The notes under the pieces were generated by a model, which searched no databases, had not been told where the DNA came from, and was given only the letters and a program-made list of their open reading frames with translations. The translations under genes and the position numbers were made by a program. DNA of 61,208 nt, filler included, from a candidate division TA06 bacterium SM23_40 (lineage in GTDB: Bacteria; LJUI01; SM1-40), in NCBI GenBank assembly GCA_001303705.1. It is 5 parts of 5 records of this genome, joined end to end, with 100 filler letters (N's around TTAATTAATTAA, not from the genome) between each part and the next. Parts side by side here need not be neighbours in the genome. Positions count along the whole stretch, not along the records: positions 38,120 to 55,733 come from LJUI01000040.1; 4 more parts are not named here. One strand, written 5' to 3'. Shown here piece after piece: positions 40,960-50,062 of this stretch. Position 1 is the first letter of the stretch. Every line of letters begins with the position of its first letter.

Positions 40960-42123
40960 TTAGAACTTCGTCTGCAGATCGACTTGCACTCGCTGGTAGT
41001 GTCTTGACTGGTCGTCGGAGCCGATGCCGAGTTCGTTCACGAAATACGTCGCGCCAGCAGTGACGTTCTTGCCGATCTGGTACCCGAAGCCCAACTCGAA
41101 CCCCTTGCTGTTGGTTCCGCCGCCTCCAAAGTCCGAGTCGGTGTACGCCCCGATCACCGCATCCCTCATGAGCTCCCGGTAGTCGCCATAGAGCTTCCAG
41201 TCACCGCGCTTGTTCGTCGTGCCAATAGAGGCACCGGCCAGCCAGCCATAGTCCTCGTCGTTAGCGTCGTCGACACCCAGATTCATCACATAGTCACCGT
41301 GGAGGGCGACCGGGACCCCCTGGATCTTGAACTTGAGTTCAGCGAACGGCTCCAGCTCTTCGTAGTCCTGTGTGTAGATCGTGTTCGCGCCCTGGACAAC
41401 GACGCTGTTGCCGAATTCGTCACTAGCGTCGTAGAAGGTCGGGAAGTGTTCGGCCTCCGTGAACTGATAGTAGCTCCCGCCGACGACGAGCACGGCATCG
41501 CTGAAGGCCTCTCCGTCGCCGAGAGGAAGCTCAAACTCGAGCCCACCCTGTGCTCCCAGGAGCCGGGAGTCATCGTCCTGCGAACGCTCCTCCACCCAGA
41601 AGCCACCGCCAGACGCGAGGATGCTGACCTTCCCAAGGTCCCGGCCAAAGCTCGCAGCAAGCCCTTCCAGTGTCAGGTCGCCGTCCCAGACGAGCTCTGT
41701 CTTTCCCGGGGTCCGGAACGGATTCCTCATCTTGCCACCGAACAGATGGAATCCACGGAAGCACCCCGGATGCCAGTCGATGTAGACAAGGTCGAGCCAG
41801 ATCTCCTTGGTGCTGAACCCGCCATCGAGCGTCTGGTTCGTGGAGACCGGATCGTCCCCTCCGCTCGCGAGCCGGAAGACCAGATCGAGGTCGCCGCCGA
41901 CTGCCGCCGTGAGCCCTATCCGGGCCCTGATCCGCTCGCGATATCTGCTGTCTGCACCCTCCTCGTCGATGTACTCGAACCTGTACCGCAGATCCCCACT
42001 CGGCATGACGCTCTCGGTCCACGGGGCGGCCAATACCTGCACCGTGCCCACCGACAGCAGCACAGCTACCAGCACGCCCGAGCATATCAGGCTCGGGAAC
42101 CCACTCAACGAGGACCTGTTCAT
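40960..42123 (-). CDS. putative outer-membrane porin (phosphate regulon)
   Basis: Signal peptide, GDLRYRFE, RIRAR, DPVSTNQTL, DSDFGGG and C-terminal Phe; lies between phoR and pstS. Confidence 0.82.
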   Translation of the reverse strand: MNRSSLSGFPSLICSGVLVAVLLSVGTVQVLAAPWTESVMPSGDLRYRFEYIDEEGADSRYRERIRARIGLTAAVGGDLDLVFRLASGGDDPVSTNQTLDGGFSTKEIWLDLVYIDWHPGCFRGFHLFGGKMRNPFRTPGKTELVWDGDLTLEGLAASFGRDLGKVSILASGGGFWVEERSQDDDSRLLGAQGGLEFELPLGDGEAFSDAVLVVGGSYYQFTEAEHFPTFYDASDEFGNSVVVQGANTIYTQDYEELEPFAELKFKIQGVPVALHGDYVMNLGVDDANDEDYGWLAGASIGTTNKRGDWKLYGDYRELMRDAVIGAYTDSDFGGGGTNSKGFELGFGYQIGKNVTAGATYFVNELGIGSDDQSRHYQRVQVDLQTKF

Positions 42124-42324
42124 AGGACCTCCTTCGGTTGCGCCACCTCCTGGCATCTGTTGCGATCTCTCTTCCCACCTCCTGGCATCATAGCAGCCCG
42201 CCCCGGGGCCGGGTACACACTCTTCAGCCTCCCCTCCGGGCACGACACCGCCCCACCCCTCCCCTCAATGTCCCAGCCCCGGAGCTCTACTGCTTCGGGC
42301 TGCAGAGCAAATATAGGTGGAGTT

Positions 42325-42352
42325 TGTTTGGCCTTTGTTAGACAGGCCTTAG
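42325..42352 (-). promoter_or_regulatory. PHO-box-like array upstream of the porin gene
   Basis: CTAAGG/CTAACA/CAAACA on the minus strand at an 11-bp period, followed by -10-like TATATT. Confidence 0.6.
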
Positions 42353-42393
42353 AAGTGTATGAAATGGGGGAGGCCAGCCGAAGAGAGTGCAGA

Positions 42394-44157
42394 TTACGCA
42401 GCCGGCAGATGTATGACGAAGGTGCTGCCCTTGCCCGGAGAGCTCTGTACAGAAATCGTCGCTCCGTGCACCTGGGCGACGTGTTTGACGATCGCAAGGC
42501 CCAGGCCGGTGCCGCCGAGCTTCCGGCTCCGAGCGTTATCGACGCGGTAGAACCGCTCAAAGATCCTCGGAAGGTGTTGCGCTCCGATCCCACACCCTTC
42601 ATCCCGAACCCGGATCACGATTTCGTCAGCTTCCTTTGTGGCGCTCACGAGGATAGTCCCACCCTCCTCGCTGAATTTGATGGCATTGTCGATGAGATTG
42701 ACGACGGCACTCTCGAGAAGAGCCACGTCGATCCTGGCCGTGAGACCTCCCTCGAACGTCGTCTCGATCGAGATATCTTTCGCAGCGGCCTCACTCTCAC
42801 ACGTCCGGATGGCGGCGCGAACCACGGGCTCGATTGAGCCCTTTTCCAGTTCAAGCTCCCGCCTCTCCTCCTCCTGCTCAAGTCGGGAGATCATGAGCAG
42901 ATCTTCAATGATCGCGTTGAGGCGGTCAGCCTGGCGGGCGATCATCTCCAGGAAACGCTCAGCGTCCCGGGGCCTCTCGAGCGCCCCACTCCCGATCGTC
43001 TCGGCCGCCCCTCTAATAGAGGTGATCGGAGTCTTGAGCTCGTGCGAGACATTTGCGACGAAGTCCCGCCTGACACGCTCAAGCCGGCGTAGCCTGGTGA
43101 CATCGTTGAGGACGATGACCGCTCCCGCCCTTCTCCCGTCTGCGTCACGTAAGGCCGCACCGTGAGCCTGGAGAAAACGATCGGGCGCACCTGCTACGAA
43201 GATGTCACCCTCGGTAGGTTCAGCCGAGGTGAGGGCACGCCCCACAAACGCCTGGAGTTCCACATTACGGAGGACCTCTTCAATGGCTCGACCATCCGCC
43301 GAATCGGGGTCGACGCCGAGCAGCCGACCGCAGGCAACGTTCATCTCCACGACACATCCACTCGAATCTACGGCGAGGACTCCCTCCTGCATGCTCGAGA
43401 GGATCGCCTCACGTTCATTGCGCTCTCTCGTCGTGGTGCGAAGTCGCTCATCGAGCCGAGCTGCCATCTCGTTCAACGACTCGGCAAGGGCCGCGATCTC
43501 TGCGATCTCGGAGATGGGGAGTCGCCGCCCGAGCTCGGCCCGCCCAAACGACCGCGCACCTCTCCCAAGCTCGCCCAGCAACCGGCTAACCCGCCGCGAG
43601 ACAACGAGACTGACTGCTGCGAAGAGCCCCACGACTACGAGCATGAGCACGGTGATCCTGACATATATGGACCTGAGTGCACTGGCCACAAACCCGGGAG
43701 GAACTGAGGTCCTCACTGCCCCCACGATCTCGCCGTCGACTTCCAGCGGGACGGCAGTGTACATCAGTTGCATCTGCCGCGTCTGGCTGTACCGCATCGA
43801 TGAGCCTGCCTGCCCGCGGAGCGCTCTCGCAATCTCCGGCCGATCGCCGTGGTTCTCCATCCGCAGCGGATCCTCGTCGGAGTCCCCGAGAACATTGCCC
43901 GCGAAGTCCACGACCGTTATGCGGGTCGAGGATTCTCTTCCCAACTTCTTGCACAGTGCGTCGATGCGGGCTGGATCGGAGAGCCCGACCAGCTGCTCCT
44001 TGATGAGACGCGCCCGGGCCTCGAGATCCTGGGACGTTGCATCGACATAGAGAGCGCGAAAGAAACGGGGCGTGAGTCCGACGATTGCGAGGAAAGCCAC
44101 GATAATCGTGAACAGGTAGAAGACGTAGAGCTGCCAGAGAAGCCGACGTCTGCGCAT
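42394..44157 (-). CDS. phoR: sensor histidine kinase PhoR
   Basis: 2 TM, HAMP and PAS regions; FVANVSHELKTP, NLIDNAIK and GGTGLGLAIVKH. Confidence 0.92.
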   Translation of the reverse strand: MRRRRLLWQLYVFYLFTIIVAFLAIVGLTPRFFRALYVDATSQDLEARARLIKEQLVGLSDPARIDALCKKLGRESSTRITVVDFAGNVLGDSDEDPLRMENHGDRPEIARALRGQAGSSMRYSQTRQMQLMYTAVPLEVDGEIVGAVRTSVPPGFVASALRSIYVRITVLMLVVVGLFAAVSLVVSRRVSRLLGELGRGARSFGRAELGRRLPISEIAEIAALAESLNEMAARLDERLRTTTRERNEREAILSSMQEGVLAVDSSGCVVEMNVACGRLLGVDPDSADGRAIEEVLRNVELQAFVGRALTSAEPTEGDIFVAGAPDRFLQAHGAALRDADGRRAGAVIVLNDVTRLRRLERVRRDFVANVSHELKTPITSIRGAAETIGSGALERPRDAERFLEMIARQADRLNAIIEDLLMISRLEQEEERRELELEKGSIEPVVRAAIRTCESEAAAKDISIETTFEGGLTARIDVALLESAVVNLIDNAIKFSEEGGTILVSATKEADEIVIRVRDEGCGIGAQHLPRIFERFYRVDNARSRKLGGTGLGLAIVKHVAQVHGATISVQSSPGKGSTFVIHLPAA

Positions 44158-44160
44158 AGG

Positions 44161-44847
44161 CTACTCCCTGAACCTGTATCCTACCCCGCGCACCGTCTCG
44201 ATGTATTCGCCCGCCGATGCGAGTTTCTTGCGCAGCCCCACGATCTGCACGTCGACTGACCGATCGCTCACCGGATAGTCCATCCCCCTCACCGCATCGA
44301 CGATCTGATAGCGCGTGAAGACCCAGCCAGGGTGGCGCGCGAGGTGTGCCAGGATGCTGAACTCTGTGTATGTCAACTCGAGGGGCTTGCCCTTGACCGT
44401 TACTCTGTGTCGCACAGGATCGATGACGATGTCATCCACCTTGATGACAGCGTCCTTGTCCCGGGGCTGCATGGCCTTTCTCCGGAGAACCGCCCTGATT
44501 CGCGCAATGACGACCTTGGGACTGAACGGCTTGGTGATGTAGTCGTCCGCACCCAGCTCAAGACCGGTCACTATGTCCGATTCATCGCCCTTGACGGTAA
44601 TCATGATGACGGGAATGTTCTCCGTCCGGTGATCTCTCCTCAGGGCTTTGCAGACCTCCAGGCCGTCCACGCCGGGCAGCATCAGATCGAGGAGCACTAT
44701 GTCGGGAAGGTCGGCTCTCACCTTGCCGAGCCCCTCCTCCCCGGATCCTGCCCCCGTCACCCGGTACCCTTCCTTCTCGAGGTTGTAGCGGAGTATCTCC
44801 TGGATATCTTCTTCGTCTTCGATAATAAGTACGTGCTCTCGAGGCAT
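44161..44847 (-). CDS. phoB: OmpR-family response regulator PhoB/PhoP
   Basis: LLDLMLP, GADDYITKPF and winged-helix IETVRGVGY; linked to phoR and pst. Confidence 0.9.
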   Translation of the reverse strand: MPREHVLIIEDEEDIQEILRYNLEKEGYRVTGAGSGEEGLGKVRADLPDIVLLDLMLPGVDGLEVCKALRRDHRTENIPVIMITVKGDESDIVTGLELGADDYITKPFSPKVVIARIRAVLRRKAMQPRDKDAVIKVDDIVIDPVRHRVTVKGKPLELTYTEFSILAHLARHPGWVFTRYQIVDAVRGMDYPVSDRSVDVQIVGLRKKLASAGEYIETVRGVGYRFRE

Positions 44848-45021
44848 AGCATATCTCCTGCTCAGTTCCCTGTACTCTATACAATCGCATTATTAGGATA
44901 TCGCTAGGATTTGTCAAGAAATGAGATTCATATGAGCGGAATGGATCCTGCTCGTCTCGTCGTGCGCACCTGATGTCGCATCGACTTTTTCGTAAATTTC
45001 GGACCAATTGTAATTTCCCTG

Positions 45022-45050
45022 TTGACAGGAATTCTGATAACTACTATAAT
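45022..45050 (+). promoter_or_regulatory. consensus sigma70 promoter of the Lol-like operon
   Basis: Perfect TTGACA-N17-TATAAT; RBS AAGGAGG 12 nt downstream. Confidence 0.85.
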
Positions 45051-45075
45051 GACAACGTCTACAAGGAGGGCAACC

Positions 45076-45558
45076 ATGATGGAACAGGAAAGGCCTAGTG
45101 AACTAACGTCTTACGTCGAGCAGTGGGGGATGCTCTTCGAACAGCTTGGAGCTACCCGTATGATGGGCAAGGTGCTGGGGTGGCTGCTCATCTGCGATCC
45201 CCCGGGGCAGACCGCCAGGCAAATCGCAGACGCCATCGGGGCGAGTATAAGCTCGATTAGCATCGCCACCCGCGCCCTGACCCAGGCAGCGATGATCGAA
45301 CGGGTAGGCGTGCCCGGAGAGCGCAGCGCCCGCTTCCGCGTCAGGCCCGGCATGTGGTCGAGACTCATCAAAGTACGCATGGGGCACCTCGCCACGATGC
45401 GCGAGCTGGCCGACGAGGGACTGAGGCTTCTCGATTCTCCGGACGCCGGACGTGCGCTGAGACTCAGGGAGATCCAGAGCTACTGCGAGTTCATCGACAG
45501 GGAACTCCCCGCGCTTCTCGCCCGGTGGGAGGAGGAATGGAAAGGAGGGAAGTCATGA
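45076..45558 (+). CDS. GbsR/MarR-family transcriptional regulator
   Basis: FEQLGATRMMGKVLGWLLICDPP followed by a winged HTH. Confidence 0.85.
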   Translation: MMEQERPSELTSYVEQWGMLFEQLGATRMMGKVLGWLLICDPPGQTARQIADAIGASISSISIATRALTQAAMIERVGVPGERSARFRVRPGMWSRLIKVRMGHLATMRELADEGLRLLDSPDAGRALRLREIQSYCEFIDRELPALLARWEEEWKGGKS

Positions 45559-46823
45559 CTGCGGAAAGAGATCGGCGAAGGTACCCGTGCCGGGCGGCCG
45601 GCCTGTATCTGCTGGCGCTCGCCGTGGTTCTCACGCCTCTCCTCGCGGGAACCGCCGCATCAGAGACCCACGTGAGACGCGAAGCCGGCGTGGAGAAGAG
45701 CACCGCCTCCGGAACAGAGGGCCGTTCAGAGCAGTATGTACGAGCGGGGGACGTGGAGACGCCCGGCGCAGGGACTTCCTCAATAGGGAGCATGTCTGCG
45801 CAGGCCGCGCAGACGCAGAGCGCACAGGCTTCCCCGAAACAGAAGAACCCTGCGCACGCCGCTGCTGGCACCACAGGGATACCTAGTGAGGCCGAGGCGC
45901 CCTGCACAGATACCGACAACGCCAGCGCACAGATGTCTTCACCGGGAGAGACCCCACCGACAGACACCGACAACGCCGGCGCACAGACGTCCTCCGAGGG
46001 AGAGACGCCACCGACAGACACCGACAACGCCGGCGCACAGCTACCTCCCGACGAGGAGACGACGACGCCAGCCGAGCCGGAAACAGAAAGCGCACGGACC
46101 CCTTCGCAAACCGAACCACCCGCGCCGGAGATGGGCGAGGCACCCGATGTGACGCGCCTGTTGAGGCGACTCGACGAGATGTACGAATCCTCGGGCACTT
46201 CGGCGCAGGTCGAGATCACGATTGTCAAGCCGGACAAGACCAGGACGCTGCGGCTCCGCGCGTGGAGCAAGGGAGACGACAAGGCCCTCATCGTCATCGA
46301 CGCGCCTGCCCGCGATGCGGGGACCGCTACGCTCAAGGTGGGCAGGAACCTCTGGAACTACCTGCCCAAGATATCGCGCACCATCCGCGTCCCTCCCTCG
46401 ATGATGATGGGATCGTGGATGGGGACTGATCTGACCAATGATGACATAGTTCGCGAGTCGTCCTACGAGGAGGACTATACCTCGGAGCTCGTGGGGATGT
46501 CGGCCGACCCTCGAGGATGGAAGGTTCGGCTCGATGCCCGCCCCGACGTTGCCGGTCTCTGGAACCGCGTGGAGATCGTCTTCTCCACGGATGAGGGACT
46601 CCCTGTACAGGCTCAGTTCTTCGATCGGAAGGACCGTCTCTCGCGTACCATGCGCTTCGAAGAGGTAAGGCAGATCGGCCGCAGGCAGGTGCCCACGGTC
46701 ATGACCGTGATACCCGAGCGCGAAGAGAACGAGTACACAGAGCTCCGCTATCTGTCTATCGATTTCGACATCGAAGTCGATGATGATATGTTCAGCCTCT
46801 CCCAGTTGGAACGGAGGCGCTAG
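45555..46823 (+). CDS. LolA-like 'outer membrane lipoprotein-sorting protein' with a long low-complexity N-terminal linker
   Basis: Signal-like segment; PARDAGTATLK, WNYLPKI, SWMGTDLTNDD and C-terminal FSLSQL. Confidence 0.85.
   Translation: MTAERDRRRYPCRAAGLYLLALAVVLTPLLAGTAASETHVRREAGVEKSTASGTEGRSEQYVRAGDVETPGAGTSSIGSMSAQAAQTQSAQASPKQKNPAHAAAGTTGIPSEAEAPCTDTDNASAQMSSPGETPPTDTDNAGAQTSSEGETPPTDTDNAGAQLPPDEETTTPAEPETESARTPSQTEPPAPEMGEAPDVTRLLRRLDEMYESSGTSAQVEITIVKPDKTRTLRLRAWSKGDDKALIVIDAPARDAGTATLKVGRNLWNYLPKISRTIRVPPSMMMGSWMGTDLTNDDIVRESSYEEDYTSELVGMSADPRGWKVRLDARPDVAGLWNRVEIVFSTDEGLPVQAQFFDRKDRLSRTMRFEEVRQIGRRQVPTVMTVIPEREENEYTELRYLSIDFDIEVDDDMFSLSQLERRR
45906..46040 (+). repeat. coding tandem repeat, 54-nt (18-aa) unit, about 2.5 copies
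   Basis: ACAGA(T/C)ACCGACAACGCC at 45906, 45960 and 46014; encodes TDTDNAxAQ. Confidence 0.9.
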
Positions 46824-46847
46824 AGCCCCAGAACCAGGGAGGAGGAC

Positions 46848-48089
46848 ATGGTATCCAGAAGCACCTTACGAATTGCATGGCGTAATCTCGGGCGCAACCG
46901 CAAGCGCACCATTCTCGCGCTCTCGGCGATAGCCGTCGGCCAGTTGGCCTTTCTCAGTGTCGCCGCCCTCATGCGTGGCTTCGGGGAACAGTATCTCGAT
47001 TCGATAACCGGTCCCATGGTGGGCCACATACAGATCCACGCACCACGGTGGAGAGATGACCGGTCCATCGACGTGACGCTGCGGCACGTTTCAGCCACCA
47101 TCGCCGAGGTCTTGCAGGACCCGGACGTCGAACGCGCATCTCCCCGCATCTACGCCCCTGCCCTCGCAGCACTGGAAGTGGAAGGATTCATGAGCGTAGT
47201 CGTCGGCATCGATCCTGCCGCCGAATCACACCCCCGTGGGCTTGTCCCAGGCGAGCACCTTTCAGGCCAGCTAGGAGAGCATCGCGTCCTGGTCGGCGCG
47301 GCGCTCGCACAGAAGCAGACCATCGAGCCCGGCATGGAGATCGCGATCGTGGGACAAGACGTGGATGGGTCCATCGCCAACGATCTGTTCACGGTATCGG
47401 GCGTCATCCCGTCCGCGATCGATATCGTCCACAGTCAGGGCATCGTCATGTCCTTAGAAGACGCTCAGGAGCTCTTCCTCATGCCGGATCAGGCGCACGA
47501 GATCGTCATTCACCTAAGCAATCCGGACCGCATTGGCGATGTAGTTGCGCGTCTCTCCTCTCTCCCGCTCCTTCGGGATGCAGAGGTGCTCCCATGGCAG
47601 GAGATCCTTCCCCAATTCGTGTCTATCCTCAAGCTTATGGAGGGCTATATATTCGTGGTTCTGTTCATCGTCTTCCTCGCGGCAGCGGCCGGTATCGCAA
47701 ACACCATGTTGATGTCGACCTTCGAGCGCACCCACGAATTCGGCATGCTCCTCTCCCTCGGGTGCGGCCCGGGCCGCCTTTCGAGGATTATCGCGACAGA
47801 AGCCTTGCTCCTCGGGCTGGCGGGCGTGTCCATAGGAACAGCACTGGGAGTAGGGCTGGTCGCCCTCACCTCCGGATCTGGAATAGACTACGCCGCCCTG
47901 GGAGGCAGCGCATCCTCGTACGAAGCCGCCTTTGCGGGGATCACGATGTCATCCCATACCTTCCCGAAGACGTACGTGAGTGATGTAGCCGTGGGAGTGA
48001 TCGCAGTGCTCCTCACTTCGCTCCTCTCTGTCACCTGGCCTGTACTGCATATCGTGCGTCTCGAGCCGATGGAGGCAATGCGATCATGA
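46848..48089 (+). CDS. ABC permease, LolC/E (FtsX/MacB) family
   Basis: IAWRNLGRNRKRT and ERTHEFGML; 4-TM layout with a periplasmic domain. Confidence 0.9.
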   Translation: MVSRSTLRIAWRNLGRNRKRTILALSAIAVGQLAFLSVAALMRGFGEQYLDSITGPMVGHIQIHAPRWRDDRSIDVTLRHVSATIAEVLQDPDVERASPRIYAPALAALEVEGFMSVVVGIDPAAESHPRGLVPGEHLSGQLGEHRVLVGAALAQKQTIEPGMEIAIVGQDVDGSIANDLFTVSGVIPSAIDIVHSQGIVMSLEDAQELFLMPDQAHEIVIHLSNPDRIGDVVARLSSLPLLRDAEVLPWQEILPQFVSILKLMEGYIFVVLFIVFLAAAAGIANTMLMSTFERTHEFGMLLSLGCGPGRLSRIIATEALLLGLAGVSIGTALGVGLVALTSGSGIDYAALGGSASSYEAAFAGITMSSHTFPKTYVSDVAVGVIAVLLTSLLSVTWPVLHIVRLEPMEAMRS

Positions 48090-49327
48090 GAGTGTCGATC
48101 ATCACGAAGTTCGCCGTTCGCAGTCTCGGACGAAACGTACGCCGCACACTACTCTCTGTCGTCGGTATCGGTATCGGCTGCGCGGTGGCGCTCTTCCTTA
48201 CCGCCTTCATGCGAGCCAGCAACCAGATGCGAGTCCGGGCGATCGCGGAGAGCGGCTTCGGGCACGCGAGGATCGTCCCCATCGAATGGGAGCGGACCCG
48301 CGATAATGAGCTTCGACTCCCGGATTGGGAAGTCGCACTCGAGACTGCCAGATCCACCGATGGCGTGAAGGTGGCTGCCCCTCACGCACGTGTCACAGCG
48401 CTCCTCGCCTTCGGCACGAGAGTCGCAGGGGTAGAGATGGTCGGTGTCGATCCTCCGGCAGAACAACAGACGAGCCGTCTCGTGCTTGCTGTCAGTGCGG
48501 GAAGGTACCTCCGCACCGGAGACCGGGGCGTTACGGTAATAGGAAGCACCATTGCCGAGCGTCTCGATGTCGAGCTCGACGATGATCTGCTTCTCACCGT
48601 CGTCAGAGGCGATGGGGAGATGGAATACGCTATGCTTCGGATCGTCGGCATCATCAACACGGGCAGTCGGGAGATCGACGGGTCCATATGCCACATCACC
48701 CTCGAGGACCTCGAACGGCTCACCGGCGTTGTGGGAGCGGGAGAGATAACGCTCACGTTCGACGACCCCAGGAAAACCGATCGCCTGGCAGCTCAACTCG
48801 AAGAGAGGGTGCCGGAGGGGGATGCCGTCCTCACGTGGAAGCAAGTGGTGCCCGCGCAGGGCGCTGACTATGAGAGCGACCGTGCTTTCATGAATCTCCT
48901 TATGGGCATTGTAGTCGTTGTCGTAGTCCTCGGGATCACGAGCGCGCAGCTCACGGCGATCCTCGAACGAAAGCGCGAGTTCGCGGTACTGATGGCACTG
49001 GGGATGAAGGGCCTTCAGGTGATCCGCCTCGTCCTCGTCGAGACCGTAACGCTCGGAATACTGGGCGCGGCCGCCGGGCTGTTACTGGCCCTGCCCCCTG
49101 TGTACTACACCGCCACCAGGGGTCTCAATTTCGCCGCGATCCTGGGGGGAGACTCTGCGATCTCGGGAGTGCTCTTCGACCCGATCTTCTACTCAGATAT
49201 GGGGGTCTGGATGATTCCCTATGCGCTGTTCGTGGCACTCATCTCCACGCTCATCGCAGCTGTATGGCCAGCCTGGTATGCATTCAATACAGATCCGACG
49301 TCGGCTCTCAGTCTTCGGGAGGCATAG
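48086..49327 (+). CDS. ABC permease, LolC/E (FtsX/MacB) family, second subunit
   Basis: RSLGRNVRRT and ERKREFAVLMALG. Confidence 0.9.
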   Translation: MRVSIITKFAVRSLGRNVRRTLLSVVGIGIGCAVALFLTAFMRASNQMRVRAIAESGFGHARIVPIEWERTRDNELRLPDWEVALETARSTDGVKVAAPHARVTALLAFGTRVAGVEMVGVDPPAEQQTSRLVLAVSAGRYLRTGDRGVTVIGSTIAERLDVELDDDLLLTVVRGDGEMEYAMLRIVGIINTGSREIDGSICHITLEDLERLTGVVGAGEITLTFDDPRKTDRLAAQLEERVPEGDAVLTWKQVVPAQGADYESDRAFMNLLMGIVVVVVVLGITSAQLTAILERKREFAVLMALGMKGLQVIRLVLVETVTLGILGAAAGLLLALPPVYYTATRGLNFAAILGGDSAISGVLFDPIFYSDMGVWMIPYALFVALISTLIAAVWPAWYAFNTDPTSALSLREA

Positions 49328-49329
49328 CG

Positions 49330-50049
49330 ATGAACAACACGCTCGTAGATGTTAAGAACGTGACAAAGGATTACCGCGCCGGCAAGGTTATCGTCCATGC
49401 TCTCCGCGGCCTCGACCTAGCCATCCACGAGGGAGACTTCATGTCCATCGTCGGCCCGAGCGGCAGCGGCAAGACCACACTCCTCAACCTCGTCGGCGCG
49501 CTCGATACCGCCACCAGTGGAGAGGTGAGCGTCTTCGGCAACGATCTCTCTACAATGGGCCGCAGGCGACGCGCCGACCTTCGCCTGAAATCGCTCGGTT
49601 TCGTCTTTCAAGCATACAACCTCATCCCGGTGTTGACCGCGCGCGAGAATGTCGAATTCGTCCTCGAGCTACAGGGCGTGGGCAGCGAGCGCCGCGACAT
49701 CGCATTCTCCACCCTGGACGACCTCGGAATGGGTGACCTTGCCGACCGCCAGCCAAACGAGCTTTCCGGCGGACAGCAGCAGCGCGTAGCAGTGGCCCGG
49801 GCTGTGGCGTCACGCCCGAGGCTCGTCCTTGCGGACGAGCCGACGGCCAACCTCGACAGCGAGAACGCCGAGGCGCTGCTCCAGATGATGAGGCATCTCC
49901 GCGACGAGCAGGCCATGACGTTTGTCTTCTCGACCCATGATCCCCTTGTCGTCTCGTATGCGTCACGCGTCGTGACACTGCGGGACGGCAGAGTAGTGAG
50001 CGATGAACTGAAGGACCCGACCTCGGACGCCCACGAGGCAGGCAATTAG
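49330..50049 (+). CDS. ABC ATP-binding protein, LolD-like
   Basis: GPSGSGKTT, LSGGQQQR, LADEPTANLD and STHD. Confidence 0.94.
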   Translation: MNNTLVDVKNVTKDYRAGKVIVHALRGLDLAIHEGDFMSIVGPSGSGKTTLLNLVGALDTATSGEVSVFGNDLSTMGRRRRADLRLKSLGFVFQAYNLIPVLTARENVEFVLELQGVGSERRDIAFSTLDDLGMGDLADRQPNELSGGQQQRVAVARAVASRPRLVLADEPTANLDSENAEALLQMMRHLRDEQAMTFVFSTHDPLVVSYASRVVTLRDGRVVSDELKDPTSDAHEAGN

Positions 50050-50062
50050 CCGGGGGCATTCG

